From the NCBI GenBank assembly GCA_964016885.1, contig OZ024744.1, positions 109,368,001 through 109,432,000 of the forward strand: a stretch of 64,000 nt of DNA. Direction: 5' to 3'. The DNA is from Eledone cirrhosa. Its lineage: Eukaryota. Of the stretch, positions 27,858 through 39,509 are shown piece by piece (position 1 is the stretch's first letter; each line of letters begins with the position of its first letter). The position numbers and the translations under genes are program-made. The notes under the pieces are model-generated. The model had not been told where the DNA came from. It worked only from the letters and a program-made list of their open reading frames with translations, and searched no databases.

Positions 27858-28004
27858 CGCATAGAGTTACGGCCCTTGCCATTCTGAGTTCAAATCCCGC
27901 CGAGAGTAACTTTGCCTTTCATCCTTACGGGGTCGATAAAATAAAGTACCAGTAATGTACTGGTTAATTGCTGGCCTTGTGCCAAAAGTAGAAACAATTA
28001 TTAA
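27858..28004 (+). mobile_element. SINE family S, 5'-truncated, plus orientation
   Basis: gagttcaaatcccgccgag..ctttgcctttcatccttacggggtcgataaaataaagtaccag..ggccttgtgccaaaagtagaaacaattatta. Confidence 0.9.
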
Positions 28005-28379
28005 TGGACGGGTCTTTCACAGGCTTTCAGGACTTAACAGACATTTAAGATCTCATGCCAGGAAGGAACAGAGATAAAGTTCAAGAAGTGGTCAAGCTTT
28101 GTATGGAGCCGACGACTTTTATATATGTATCTATGATGACCCCTTAGCCTTTGTCAAGGCAGAATACTAGGAGAAAGAAAACTCTGATATAACACCGGCA
28201 ACCCTGATGGTATCCAATGATGTTGACTTGTTCTTCTTTTTGGTAAATATCATCTTGGTTAAGAGAGTGGGACTGGCTTTGTGGAGTGCCTTTGCTCACT
28301 ATAAAAGCTTCCTTCACGGCACATGCATTGCTTTGTATCTGGAGATTTCTCTGCACTTGTCATTACATGGTACCATGGG

Positions 28380-28628
28380 CCCAGCACTATATGTCAATAA
28401 TTGTCACAAGTTTAGTGTTTGTACCAGAGTTTTCAAGTCGCTGGCTGGACTAAAAAGTCACACTTGTTCAGCGCATCGGTAGGGGTTCTCCTACATGGAT
28501 ATAAAGTAGTGGCCGTACTCGAAAACGAGATGGCAGCCACCATGTATGTATGTATGTATGTATGTATGTATGTATGTATGTATGTATGTATGTATGTATG
28601 TATGTATGTATGTATGTATGTATGTATG
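28380..28628 (+). mobile_element. 3' end of an RTE-family LINE with (ATGT)n tail
   Basis: Finger remnant VCTRVFKSLAGLKSH and 3' stem-loop tggccgtactcgaaaacgagatggcagccacc, similar to 39435-39466. Confidence 0.7.
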
Positions 28629-29494
28629 AGGGAGCTTATAGATAGGACAACACACGCTGTCTTTTCGTGGGGTAAGTTTTTTATTAATTTTTGTATTCTG
28701 AAACATCAAAATACAACAATTTGTTGGTCACTGGACTCGGGAATGTCACGACAGAAGTTTGTGGAAGTTACACAAATATTTTAGTATATTTTACCAGAGC
28801 AATCCTTATTTATATTTTACATTTTACATTTACTTACATCTCAATATAACATGGCTAAAATTCAAATTTTGCAAAGAGAAGAAAACGGTCAAATGAACTA
28901 GATACATCTCACTGTCCCCACCACCACAATAACATCTACACTTTCTCCCCACCATCACATGTCATTATCCTATCTAGACTAAAGTCATCGACCTGTTGTC
29001 AAACTCTCTACTCTGTGTTGAATGTGTATATATATATTATGAAAATATTATGAAAATATTATGAAAATAATTTACTGTCATTTCTATAATACGAAGAGGG
29101 TGTTTAACTCCAACACGCTCCAGTATTTTAAACCTTATATATATATATATGTATGTATATGTGTGTATATACGTCACTCAGTCAAACGACCAGATTTCAA
29201 CCCCAACATCTACAACAACAACACCGGCACTAATGTTTACAGCAACAACAGCTTCAGAATGAACTGAAATGAACATTTACAACAACAACAACAACAGCGG
29301 CATCAAAAGATTAAAAAAAAAAAAAAAGAAAGGGAAAGGAAAAATAAGGAAAAAAAAAAAAAAACTCAAAATAACAAAACACACACACACACACACGCAC
29401 ACAACACAACAACAACATCAACTGCCACCACCACCACCGCCACCACCGCCGCCATCACCATCACCAGCGACCGGGCCTTAAGAAAACAACTTTA

Positions 29495-29652
29495 ATAATA
29501 ATAATTTTTCTGCTTTTGGCACGGATCCAGCGACTGGCCCAGTGCATCACTGGTACTCTCTTTTGTTGACTCCGTGGGGATGAAAGGCGAGGTTGACTTC
29601 GGCGGGATTTGAGCTCAGAGCGCGGAGGGCCATGACTCTATGCTGTAAAGCA
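29495..29652 (-). mobile_element. SINE family S (diverged) within (AAT)n
   Basis: Aligns by eye with other copies, with many A>G differences. Confidence 0.8.
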
Positions 29653-29772
29653 ATTATAATAATACTGGACTGTAGTACGATCGGCTTCAACTATACAAAC
29701 TCTTGAAAGTCAACAGTTGACATAATCTTGTAATCTTGTATCAGTAATGACGGTAATATATTTATATATATA

Positions 29773-30647
29773 CTAGCAGTAAAGCCCGGCGTTGCTCGGG
29801 GTCGCTCAGTAGCTGTGTTAAAGTTACAACGTTAAGTTTCTTTATTGGCTTAAAAACTGTAGTGTCTACTGTGCAGACTTGCATGTGGTGTTTTTGATTA
29901 ATATTCCCTCAACCAACAATATGCCTTATGAAGTTAAGAAAACATAATGATAACCCGAATGTTATAACAAAAGAGGATGCTGGGGATAAAAACTGCACTG
30001 GTTATTTATTAACAAAGATCGGAAATGTAAACACTGCAACGCAGAGAAAAACATTAGCGTAACCAAATTATCAGTTATGTCTGTCTGCACGCCTATATCA
30101 CCTCTCTGCACGACTATCTGTCTGCACGCCTATATCACCTCTCTGCACGACTATATCACCTCTCTGCACGACTATCTGTCTGCACGCCTATATCACCTCT
30201 CTGCACGACTGTCTGTCTGCACGCCTAACGACGAAATATTTGCTTGTTTTACGTAGTCTTTAAATAGACTTGTTTTCAAGTAAAAATATTGTTTTAAAAT
30301 GCTTTTAAATGGAAATGAAGCAAAACGGAAGCTTAGTGTTCGAATGTTCGTGTATTGTGTTAATGTCATTTTAAACGCTGAGAAAGCCAGCGTAATTTTT
30401 TACGTAAGACGCTCAATGTAAACAGAACAAAGGGAAATAACTGATCACTTACGCTCAAAAATCGATACATTATATTCGATTTCGTCACATAGGGTGGGTC
30501 AATTTGAAATTTTGTTTTCCCGATGTCTTCGCTAGGGCTCAATGTACAAGTCTCGCAATTTCGGTGCAATTCCGTGAGAGATTCTAAGAGGAGATGTGTG
30601 CCAAAAATCGATAGACAGACAGACAACCACAGTTTTATATATATAGA
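29773..30647 (-). mobile_element. Non-autonomous Helitron-like element, complete
   Basis: 5'-TC...CTAG-3' on the minus strand, inserted between A and T with no TSD. GC-rich subterminal motif and internal minisatellite (30078-30228). Near-identical to 57784-58623. Confidence 0.8.
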
Positions 30648-31220
30648 TGTGTGTGTGTGTGTAAGTGAGTAGCGTGTGTGTGTTTGTTTGTATGTATGAG
30701 TGTTGCTGTGTGCGCGCATATGTATGCGCGTGTGTGTGTCGTACGTATAAGTGTCAATAAGTGATTTTTTTTTTTTTTTTTTGCCCGATCGCGCAGTTAA
30801 ACCACTGGGAGTGAAGAACCCCTAGCCCTTGTCAGGGCACTCTTCTAGGAGAAGGGATCTCAGGAAACTGGGTTAACTCCGACATAAAACCTGCGGCTCA
30901 GTAGTTACCGATGATGTTGATCTTTTCTTCTTTTCGGGTTATAGCTACTGTCGCTCAGAGAGTGGGATTGGCTCAGTGCACAGTTTTTCCTCACTTTAAA
31001 AATATTCGTCACACACAGGCATTGCACGAGTGAATTAATAATTATTAATAGTGTACTATTATTATTATTATTATTATTATTACTATTATTATTACTTTTT
31101 TTTTTTTTTTTTTTTTCCAATTCAATGATGTTCCAGAACAATATAAAAGAGATAATTGGCAATTTAGGTTCTGGAACAAAAAAGATCATTGGCAATAAGG
31201 GCAGGGGCCCCAGGTTATGA

Positions 31221-34200
31221 CAGCCTGGGCCCGCTCGTCATCGTGCCATTGTAATAGAGCCAAACAAGGCATTTAGTCTTGGCTGCTGGAACGTACGGAC
31301 GCTGCTTGACAGGGATTCCTTGGGGCGTCCTGAACGAAGGACCACTCTTGTTGCAAAGGAGCTTCGACGTTACGATCTTGACATCGTGGCTTTATCTGAG
31401 ACGAGGTTAGCTGGAGATGGTCATCTTACGGAATTTTGTGGAGAATATACATTCTTCTGGAAAGGAAGAGATGAAGGAACCAGAAGAGAGGCTGGGGTAG
31501 GATTTGCTGTTAAGACTGTGCTTGTGAACAAATTAGAAGAATTCCCAGTAGGGATTAGTGAGCGTCTTATGTCCATGAGAGTTCCGCTGGACAAGGGAAG
31601 ATATGCTACCCTGGTGAGTGTGTATGCTCCAACTATGAGTTCTGTCGATGAGGAAAAGGTGTCTTTTACCATGCCTTGAAAGGTGTTTTAAGAAATATCC
31701 CTCAGGCAGACAAAGTCATCGTGCTTGGTGACTTTAATGCTAGAGTGGGTAGGGATTTTAACACATGGAATGTAATCGGAAGGCATGGGGTGGGAAAGTG
31801 TAACAGCAATGGTATGCTCCTGCTGCAGATGTGTGAGGAGTTGGATCTGTGTGTTACCAACACCATGTTCCAACAAAAGAACAAATTCAAGACCACATGG
31901 ATGCATCCTGCCTCTAAGGAATGGCATCTTTTGGACTACGTCCTAGTCAGGATGCGTGACAGACAGGATGTGCAGTGTGTTCGTGTTCTTCGTGGAGCTG
32001 AGTGCTGGATGGACCACCGCCTGGTACGCGCAAAAGTGAAACTAATCACTAAACGTAAAATCCGGGCTCCTGGTGTTGCCCTGCCCAAAAGATTGAATGC
32101 TGCTCGTCTTAAGGATAAAAATGTGAAGAGGACATTGGAAGAAGAGATGCAGGCTGCAGATCTTGGTGAGGATTGGCCGACCCTTAAAAAGTCGGTTTAT
32201 GATGTAGGTAGGCGTGTTCTGGGATTGGCGCAGAGGAAACATCAGGACTGGTTTGATGAGAATGATGTACATATAGAAGACTTGTTGGCTGATAAGAGGC
32301 GTGCTCTGTCACGCTACTTGACGGCAAAACCACAGGAGAGGAATACGTTGCATGAGGAACTCAAGGATGTAAAATCACGTGTTAGGCGGAGTCTTTCTCA
32401 GATGAAGGATCAGTGGTGGAGTGAGAAGGCTGGTGAGATACAAACTGCGTCAGACTGCAATAACACAAAGCTGTTGTACAGTCTCTTGCGTGAGGTTTAT
32501 GGACCGTCTTCTTCTCTGGTGACACCGCTTCGCAGCAAGGATGGCAAAGAACTTCTTCGTGACTCACAGGGAATTCTACGAAGGTGGCGAGAGCACTTTG
32601 ATGATCTTTTGAATCAGCCGTCTGTCGTCAGTGAAGATTTCCTCAATCTCATTCCAGAAAGTCCTGTGAAAGTAGCTCTCGCAGAACCTCCGACGCTTGT
32701 GGAGGTTGCAGTGGCTATTTCGAAGCTGAACAGTGGAAGATCTCCAAGTATGGATGGCATACATGCTGAGCTCCTACAATATGGTGGTGAGAGACTCCTG
32801 CAACATCTTCACTCTTTGTTTGGCAGGATATGGGCTAATGAATCCGTACCTGAGGACTGGAGAGATGCAGTAATGGTGGTCTTGTACAAGGGAAAAGGTA
32901 ACAGGAACGATTGTGGGAACTACAGAGGTATATCATTGCTTTCTGTCGTAGGGAAAGTTTTATGTAGGGTGCTTCTGGACCGTCTGCTGACACACATTGC
33001 AGATTGTGTTCTTCCTGAAAGTCAATCTGGTTTTCGTGCTGGACGCGGCACTACTGATATGATCTTCTCAGCTAGACAGCTCCAGGAGAAGTGCATGGAA
33101 CAAGGCTTGGATCTGTATCAGGTTTTTGTCGATCTGACAAAAGCTTTCGATACTGTTAACAGAGATGCATTATGGAAGGTTCTCCAGAAACTTGGTTGCC
33201 CTGATAAGTTCCTTGCTTTAGTTAGGTCTTTCCATGACGACATGAAGGCTTGGGTTAATGTCGGGGGTAACATGTCGGAGCCTATCTCAGTAAAAAATGG
33301 AGTGAAACGGGGGGATATTCCAGCACCGACCCTGTTTGCCATATACTTTGCAATGGTTTTCTGTATTGCATTCAGGAATTGCGAGCATGGTGTTTACATC
33401 CGATATCGAACCCCAGGCAGCATATTTAACATCAGGCGCTTTGCTGCGAAGACAAAAGTATTTACATCAATCATAAGAGACCTCTTATATGCAGATGATT
33501 GCGATCTTGTAGCGCACACAGAAAGTGATATGCAGCACATTTTGAATACATTTTCTGACGCTTGCACTGCCCTAGGTCTGACTGTCAGTCTCAAGAAAAC
33601 CGTCGTCATGTACCAACCTGCCCCTGGTAAGCAGTACACTGAACCAAACATCTATGTGTATGGCAAACGACTTGGAGTGGTTGATCAGTTTGTCTACCTG
33701 GGAAGCACTGTCAATCGATACAGCAACCTTGACAGTGAAATCTCACTTAGGATTAGGAAAGCAAGTGATGCTTTCGGAAAGCTAGAAAGGCGACTCTGGG
33801 GTCGGCGAGATATATGCAGGAGGACAAAGGTAAAGGTGTACAGGGCATGTGTGCTCTCTTGTCTTCTTTATGCCTGCGAGACCTGGGTCACATATCGACA
33901 CCACCTTAAGCAATTGGAGCGTTTCCATCAAATGTGTCTCAGACGGATCCATGGCGTTCACTGGAGGGACCACATCAGTGATGTCGAGATTTTGGAAAGC
34001 TCTATGTGTGACAGTATAGAAGCTCTTGTGCTTAAGCAACGACTCCGTTGGAGTGGTCACCTTGCCAGGATGAAGGATTCTAGAATACCAAAACAACTCT
34101 TTTATGGAGAGTTGGTTAAAGGAAAACGACCGCCACATAAACCAAAAAAGAGGTATAAGGATTCCTTGAAAGCCTCTCTGAAAGACGCTAACATCTCTGC

Positions 34201-34669
34201 TGATACATGGGAGAATATTGCTGCTGATCGTAATAAATGGAGAAAGACTGTATATGAGGGAAAAGTTGCCTTTGAGGCATCTCGAATCGCATACGAGAAA
34301 GTAAAGCGTGATGTGAGGAAGGGCATTGCTGTTGCACTTCCAGACGGCGAGGGTCCTCCTATGGTGTTGACATGCAGCGTATGTGCGAGACTCTGCCTAA
34401 GCAAAGCTGGACTCGAAAGTCATCTTCGCAGTCATAAAGTAAGACCAGTGGTTGACTACCAGGCTGCTGTTGGAGATGCTACTCATCATGCTTGCCAAAC
34501 ATGTGGTAGAGAATGTAAATCAGCAGGAGGGCTCAAGCGACATGCAAAAGTACACGAACTTCAACCACAGCCGACTATTCCCAGTGAATGTTTTGGTTGC
34601 CGACTCTGTGCAAAACATTTTAGATCATTGGCTGGGCTAAAAAGCCACATTCGATCGCAACGCTGTTAG
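31221..34669 (+). CDS. RTE polyprotein: APE endonuclease, reverse transcriptase, three C2H2 zinc fingers; one frameshift near 31665
   Basis: GCWNVRTL, ALSETR, SVYAPT, LGDFNARVG, DHRLV, NYRGISLL, FVDLTKAFDTV, LLYADD; fingers CSVC..HLRSH, CQTC..HAKVH, CRLC..HIRSQRC. Adding one T to gtcttttacc joins the two ORFs. Confidence 0.93.
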
Positions 34670-34787
34670 TTGCTATCGTGTGTGTAGATATGCTTATGTG
34701 TGTGCGTGTGTGTATATATATATATGTATATGTATATTATTATTGTTGTTGTCGTTATTATTATTGTTGTTATGATTATTATTATTA

Positions 34788-37700
34788 TGGATCACCACCA
34801 ACACCAAAACCAATCCAAGGAGAAAACGAGGAATTCTCTCCCACTCCCCCTACCCCCCCCCAACTATATACATAGACAAAAAAAAATAAACGAACACACA
34901 GACACAAAGACACTCACAGCCACAGACCCTTTGTCTTCCAGCAGCGAAGATGAAGGAAAACCCAAAAGTGCAAAAAAACAGAGAAAACTCACAAAAAAAA
35001 AAAGCCCCTACAAAACACAAAAACGCACACAACAAAAAATACAGACACCACTAACGCAGACACTTCCCCAATAACATCAGCACCATCAGCAACATCGACA
35101 CCACAATCCCCGAAACGCAAACAACCTAAACAAACACAAGTACAAATAAACACACAAATACCTGAAATTGCAGACACCACACCTACAACAAACATAGACA
35201 TACCCGAAACAACACCACCAAAACCATCGCCACCACCTTCACCAAAACGAAAACAAATAAAACCACACCAACAAAATGTTAAAAACTTCGTGCTTGTCAG
35301 AAGGGCCAACGATAAACTGATGGCCCTCTTAGCGCGAAGCGAGGACATTCAAATAGAGGGGGAGATTTTTGAAATGAGCACATTTTGCGTGCCAGAAGAT
35401 TTGCTTCTGGTCCGAATGTCACTCAATTCCTTCAAAGAAATTCGAGAGAGCTTTCCTCAAGACGTGGGAAACCCGAATGTGAAACCCACATCAAGACTTT
35501 TAAAGGGGTTCCCAAAAGAAACCCCACCAACCATGGAGGTCGAACCACCCGACCTTCACAAGACTCGGGAGGTAAGTAAACCTTCCCTCTCTCTCTCTTA
35601 GCTTACCAATATGGCCATATTAAGAGTAGGAAGTTTAAATGTTCGCGGCCTGGGGTCACCCTGGAAGCAGGGTCGCCTGCTCAACGACCTCCGGTCGCTG
35701 GAAATGGATGTGATTGCCGTAAGCGAGACCAGAATTTCCGACACGCGTGCACTAGCCCCCATTTTCGACGACTATCAGATCTTCGCATCTGTTAGCAGGC
35801 CGGGAATGAGGGGTGGGGTGGCAGTGCTGTTTAGGAAAAGACTGGATCTCGAGGTAAGGTCGATCTTCCGGGACCCGGACGGTAAGTTGGTGGTCTTGGA
35901 TGTGAGCAGTAGCGAAGGTGGTGCCTTTAGACTGCTGGCCGCCTACGCTCCTACAGGGGCCGGACGACCTGACTTCTTTAGGCGCCTGGAGACCTTTCTG
36001 GGTACGTCTCGCCCTTTACTGTTAGCGGGGGACTGGAATGGCATCTTAGACGCACGCTGGGATTGTGTGGGAGTAGCCGATAGGAGCGGGGGCTGCAAAA
36101 GCCTCAAGCACCTACTCAGCCAGTTCCAACTGTCTGACAGGTATCGACTAGATTTCCCCAATGTGCCAGTATGGACATGGACCAACCGAATGGGGTCATC
36201 TAGATCGTACATAGACAGAATCTTCATTAGGAAAATAGATAGAAATAGTGTGGGCTGTCCACTTTTTAAAACGGTCGCCTATTCAGATCACAAATTTGTG
36301 ATCTGTACGGTCGACCTAAATAAAACGCGTAAGTTAGGACCGGGTTACTGGAAGCTGAACATGTCATTTCCGGCACGTAAGGCTTACAGGGACCGAGTCA
36401 ATAAGTTAGTTAAGCAAAAGTTGACAGGGGGGATCATCAACAACAGATGGTTGGGGGCTCTCAAAACAGAGATTAGAGTAACTTCGATAGAGTTCAGCAA
36501 AGAACTAGCGTTAGAGAAAAATAAAAAAGGAGGGGGAGCTGGTAGATAAGTTAGACGAGGCTATTTGTAGTGGCATCGCAACTGACGTGCTAGCGGCGAG
36601 AATGGCATTAGACCAGTTCTTCAAAGCCAAACACGAAGGTTGCATTGTCAGAGCTAAGGCGCGTGCGCTGAGAAACGAGGGAACTAAAGCTGTTCGATCG
36701 GCCCGCGTGGCGAAGGCGCAGCGTGGTAATAAAACCACAATTCGGTCTTTGGTGGACCGAGACGGACACGAGATAAGCGATTCCAAGCGGATGTGTGAGA
36801 CCTTTCGCCACCACTTTGCTCGGTTGTTCGGGGAGAGTGGCGAGTCAGAGAGAGTAGCGGATTTCAGTCCCTACCTTGACGGCTTGCCGCGCATCTCGAC
36901 GGTCGGCGCTGAGCGCTGCGAAAGGCCGATTACTTCAGCCGAAATTCAGGACGCCCTTGTCGGCTGCATGAGGCGCAAGTCACCTGGCTTGGATGGCCTG
37001 CCCTACGAGCTTTACATAAATATGCCAGACTTGTTCTCCGAACTCCTCGAAGCACTCTACTGTAACTGGCAGCAGAATGGGAGTATTCCCAGTTCTGTGA
37101 GCAGGGGAGTGGTGACGCTGATAAGGAAAGACGAGAACAAGAGGGATACATTAGACAACTTCAGGCCAATAACTCTGCTCAACACAGAGTTTAAGATTTT
37201 GGCCAAGGTGTTAGCAAAGAGATTGGCGCTTGTCGTCGAGGATTTGGTTGGGGAGGCGCAAACTTGCGCAATCCCAGCCAGGTCCATACACGACAATCTC
37301 CACCTCATGCGATACATCATAGAGAGGGTAGGGTGTAAACCTGGCTTCGGTGGGGCACTGATCAATTTAGATCAATCGAAAGCATTCGATAGGGTCGACC
37401 ATCGGTATCTGGAGTTTGTCCTCAAAGCAGCTGGCTTCGGCCCTGTCTTTAGAAGCTGGATCGTTCAATGCACGCTCGGTGGTCAAGGCTAATGGCCACC
37501 TCTCGGAACCATTTTGGCTCTCCCGATCGGTCCGTCAAGGGTGCCCTCTCTCTTCCCTTCTGTACGTATTGACTCTCGAGCCTTTACTGCGGAAGCTGGA
37601 GCTGTTGCAGGGCATCCCGCTCGAACCGGGACGTGGAAAGGCGGTGTCGGCTTATGCGGACGACATCACCGTGATGGTGTCGAACACCTCAGAAATCGAG

Positions 37701-39287
37701 GTGGTCGGCACCTTATTGAAGGAATATGAAAGGTTGACAGGAGCCAAACTTAACCCGGAAAAGTCGGTGGGCTTGCAGCTCGGAACCTGGAGAGGCAAGC
37801 CCATGCCGTCCAACAGCGTCGTGGGGCGCTGGACGGACGGACCAGTAAAGTTGCTCGGGGTTTGGTTCGGACCAGACCTCCAGGTGGAAAAGAATTGGGA
37901 CGAGGTAACGAGCAGAGTAGCCAGTCTCACCCAAAAATGGGCTGGGAGGAAGCTATCACTGAAAGGTCGCGCGGAGGTGGCGAATGCATACATCGCGTCC
38001 GTCATCTATTACCGCCTAACCGTCGTGCCTTGCCCCCGTCCGCGCCTCGTCAAGTTGGAACGGCTCCTCTTCAAATTCTTGTGGAGGGGACAAGTTCCGT
38101 TGGTGAGGCGGTCTATCTGCTGCCAGCACCCTCTACGCGGAGGGCTGGGCATGCCGTGGCTAATGATGCGCAGACATGCGTTGAGGCTGCGACATCTCCA
38201 GATATTCTGCCTCAATGGTGAACAGGTGTGGTCGCCGTTTATCAGAGGGGCCTTTCCGCAGCTCATTTCTTTGACTGAGCTGCAGTCCTGGGTCAAGAAG
38301 AGACCGAAACTGGGTGACTGGCACCTGGAATGTTGCCAGGCACTCACTGCGGGCAATGCGATCAGTGGAACTTCCACTCTCGAGTTCTATAGAGAATTAG
38401 TGGTGGGCAAGTGCGATGACGCACTCGAAGAAGCTTTGGGCCTCGACGAAGTCGAACTGACCAGTCAGTACCGGAGGACTTTTGAGCCGGGGACGATGGA
38501 CAATTTCCAGAAATCCCTCGCTTGGCAGTGCTACCGGGGGGCACTGCCGGTTCGGGATAAACTCTACAGGCACGGAAGTGCTGTCAGACGGACCTGCCCA
38601 AGATGCGCACAGAACGACGAAACCGTTCTGCACGCACTTGTCCAATGTCCGTGCATTACTGACTTGTGGTGTTATGTCGAACAGCTACTGTCGCGTGTGG
38701 AACGAATCCGGCTATCGGCCGAGTCCATAGTGAAGATCGATCCACCGCCTTCCTTAGGTCAGGAAGAGCAGGACATTTTCCTCTGTCTGGTGGCAGTTGC
38801 GAAAGAGATTATATGGTGGACCAGGTTGAAAGGACTAAAGACAGACACTTTTCTCTTCGGCCAATCCCTCATCAACTTCTTCAAGTTTCACCTGGAAAGG
38901 AGGGTGAGGGTGGAGAGAGAAGTGCTGCCCCCCAGTACATTTGCTAAAAGGTGGGTGAATGAGGCGAGAATGGCTCGTGTGAATGGGCCTACTCTGACCA
39001 TGCGCCTATAGGCTGGCTAACTTGAGGAGAGGGGTGCTCTCCTGGGTGCCCTAGAAGCGCAAGGTGGTTCAGGATTGGTGGGGTACCCGAATCACCCCAG
39101 GGTCGTCCACCCCCTATCGGGGAATTTATTTTGTTATATTTTGCATAGTTTATTTTATATTTTATATTTTCATTGTTAAATTAGTCTTGCCATTGTGCAC
39201 TTTTACTCGACCTTATTGTAAACCCCCACTGTCCCTGTCTTTGTATTGTCCCCTACTTGTCGGCCCTTGTGGCTAATAAATGAAATC
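34788..39287 (+). mobile_element. L1/Tx1-clade LINE (partial ORF1 + ORF2 with two frameshifts)
   Basis: ORF2 35611-39011: GSLNVRGL, AGDWN, SRSYIDRIF, SDHK, SPGLDGLP, FRPITLLN, DQSKAFDRV, RQGCPLS, YADD, CPRC..ETVLHALVQC. AATAAA at 39275; flanked by (ATT)n. Confidence 0.93.
35611..39011 (+). pseudogene. Tx1-like ORF2 (APE-RT-CCHC), frameshifted near 36535 and 37465
   Basis: Three consecutive ORFs (312, 301 and 531 aa) cover the expected domains in order. Confidence 0.9.
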
Positions 39288-39331
39288 ATTATTATTATTG
39301 TTATTAATGTATGTGTGTGTATATGTGTATG

Positions 39332-39368
<37 letters not shown>

Positions 39369-39509
39369 CTTTTTTTTTTCTTTTTATTTATTTATATTAT
39401 TATTATTATTATTTTTTTCTTTCTCCTCGTGCAATGGCCATACTCGATAACGAGGGGGCAGCCATCATGTATGTATGTATTAGTTATGTATGTATTAATG
39501 TATGTATGT

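Larger units (their letters stand above)
24870..28118 (+). mobile_element. Degenerate RTE LINE with internal deletions and two SINE insertions
   Basis: 5'UTR motifs shared with 30805-31255; GKCNENGL, NLSKAFNTINR, LLYADDCDL, QLRWTGHL; C2H2-finger remnants near 27670-27740 and 28008-28060. Confidence 0.88.
30785..39470 (+). mobile_element. Near-intact full-length RTE LINE, 3'UTR interrupted by a Tx1-like LINE
   Basis: Structured 5'UTR, APE+RT ORF 31221-34669, and 3' stem-loop plus (ATGT)n tail resuming at ~39290-39480. Confidence 0.88.

Noticed and set aside
34365-34669. Host C2H2 zinc-finger gene
   Set aside because: The fingers are in frame with the RTE reverse transcriptase and recur in other RTE copies.
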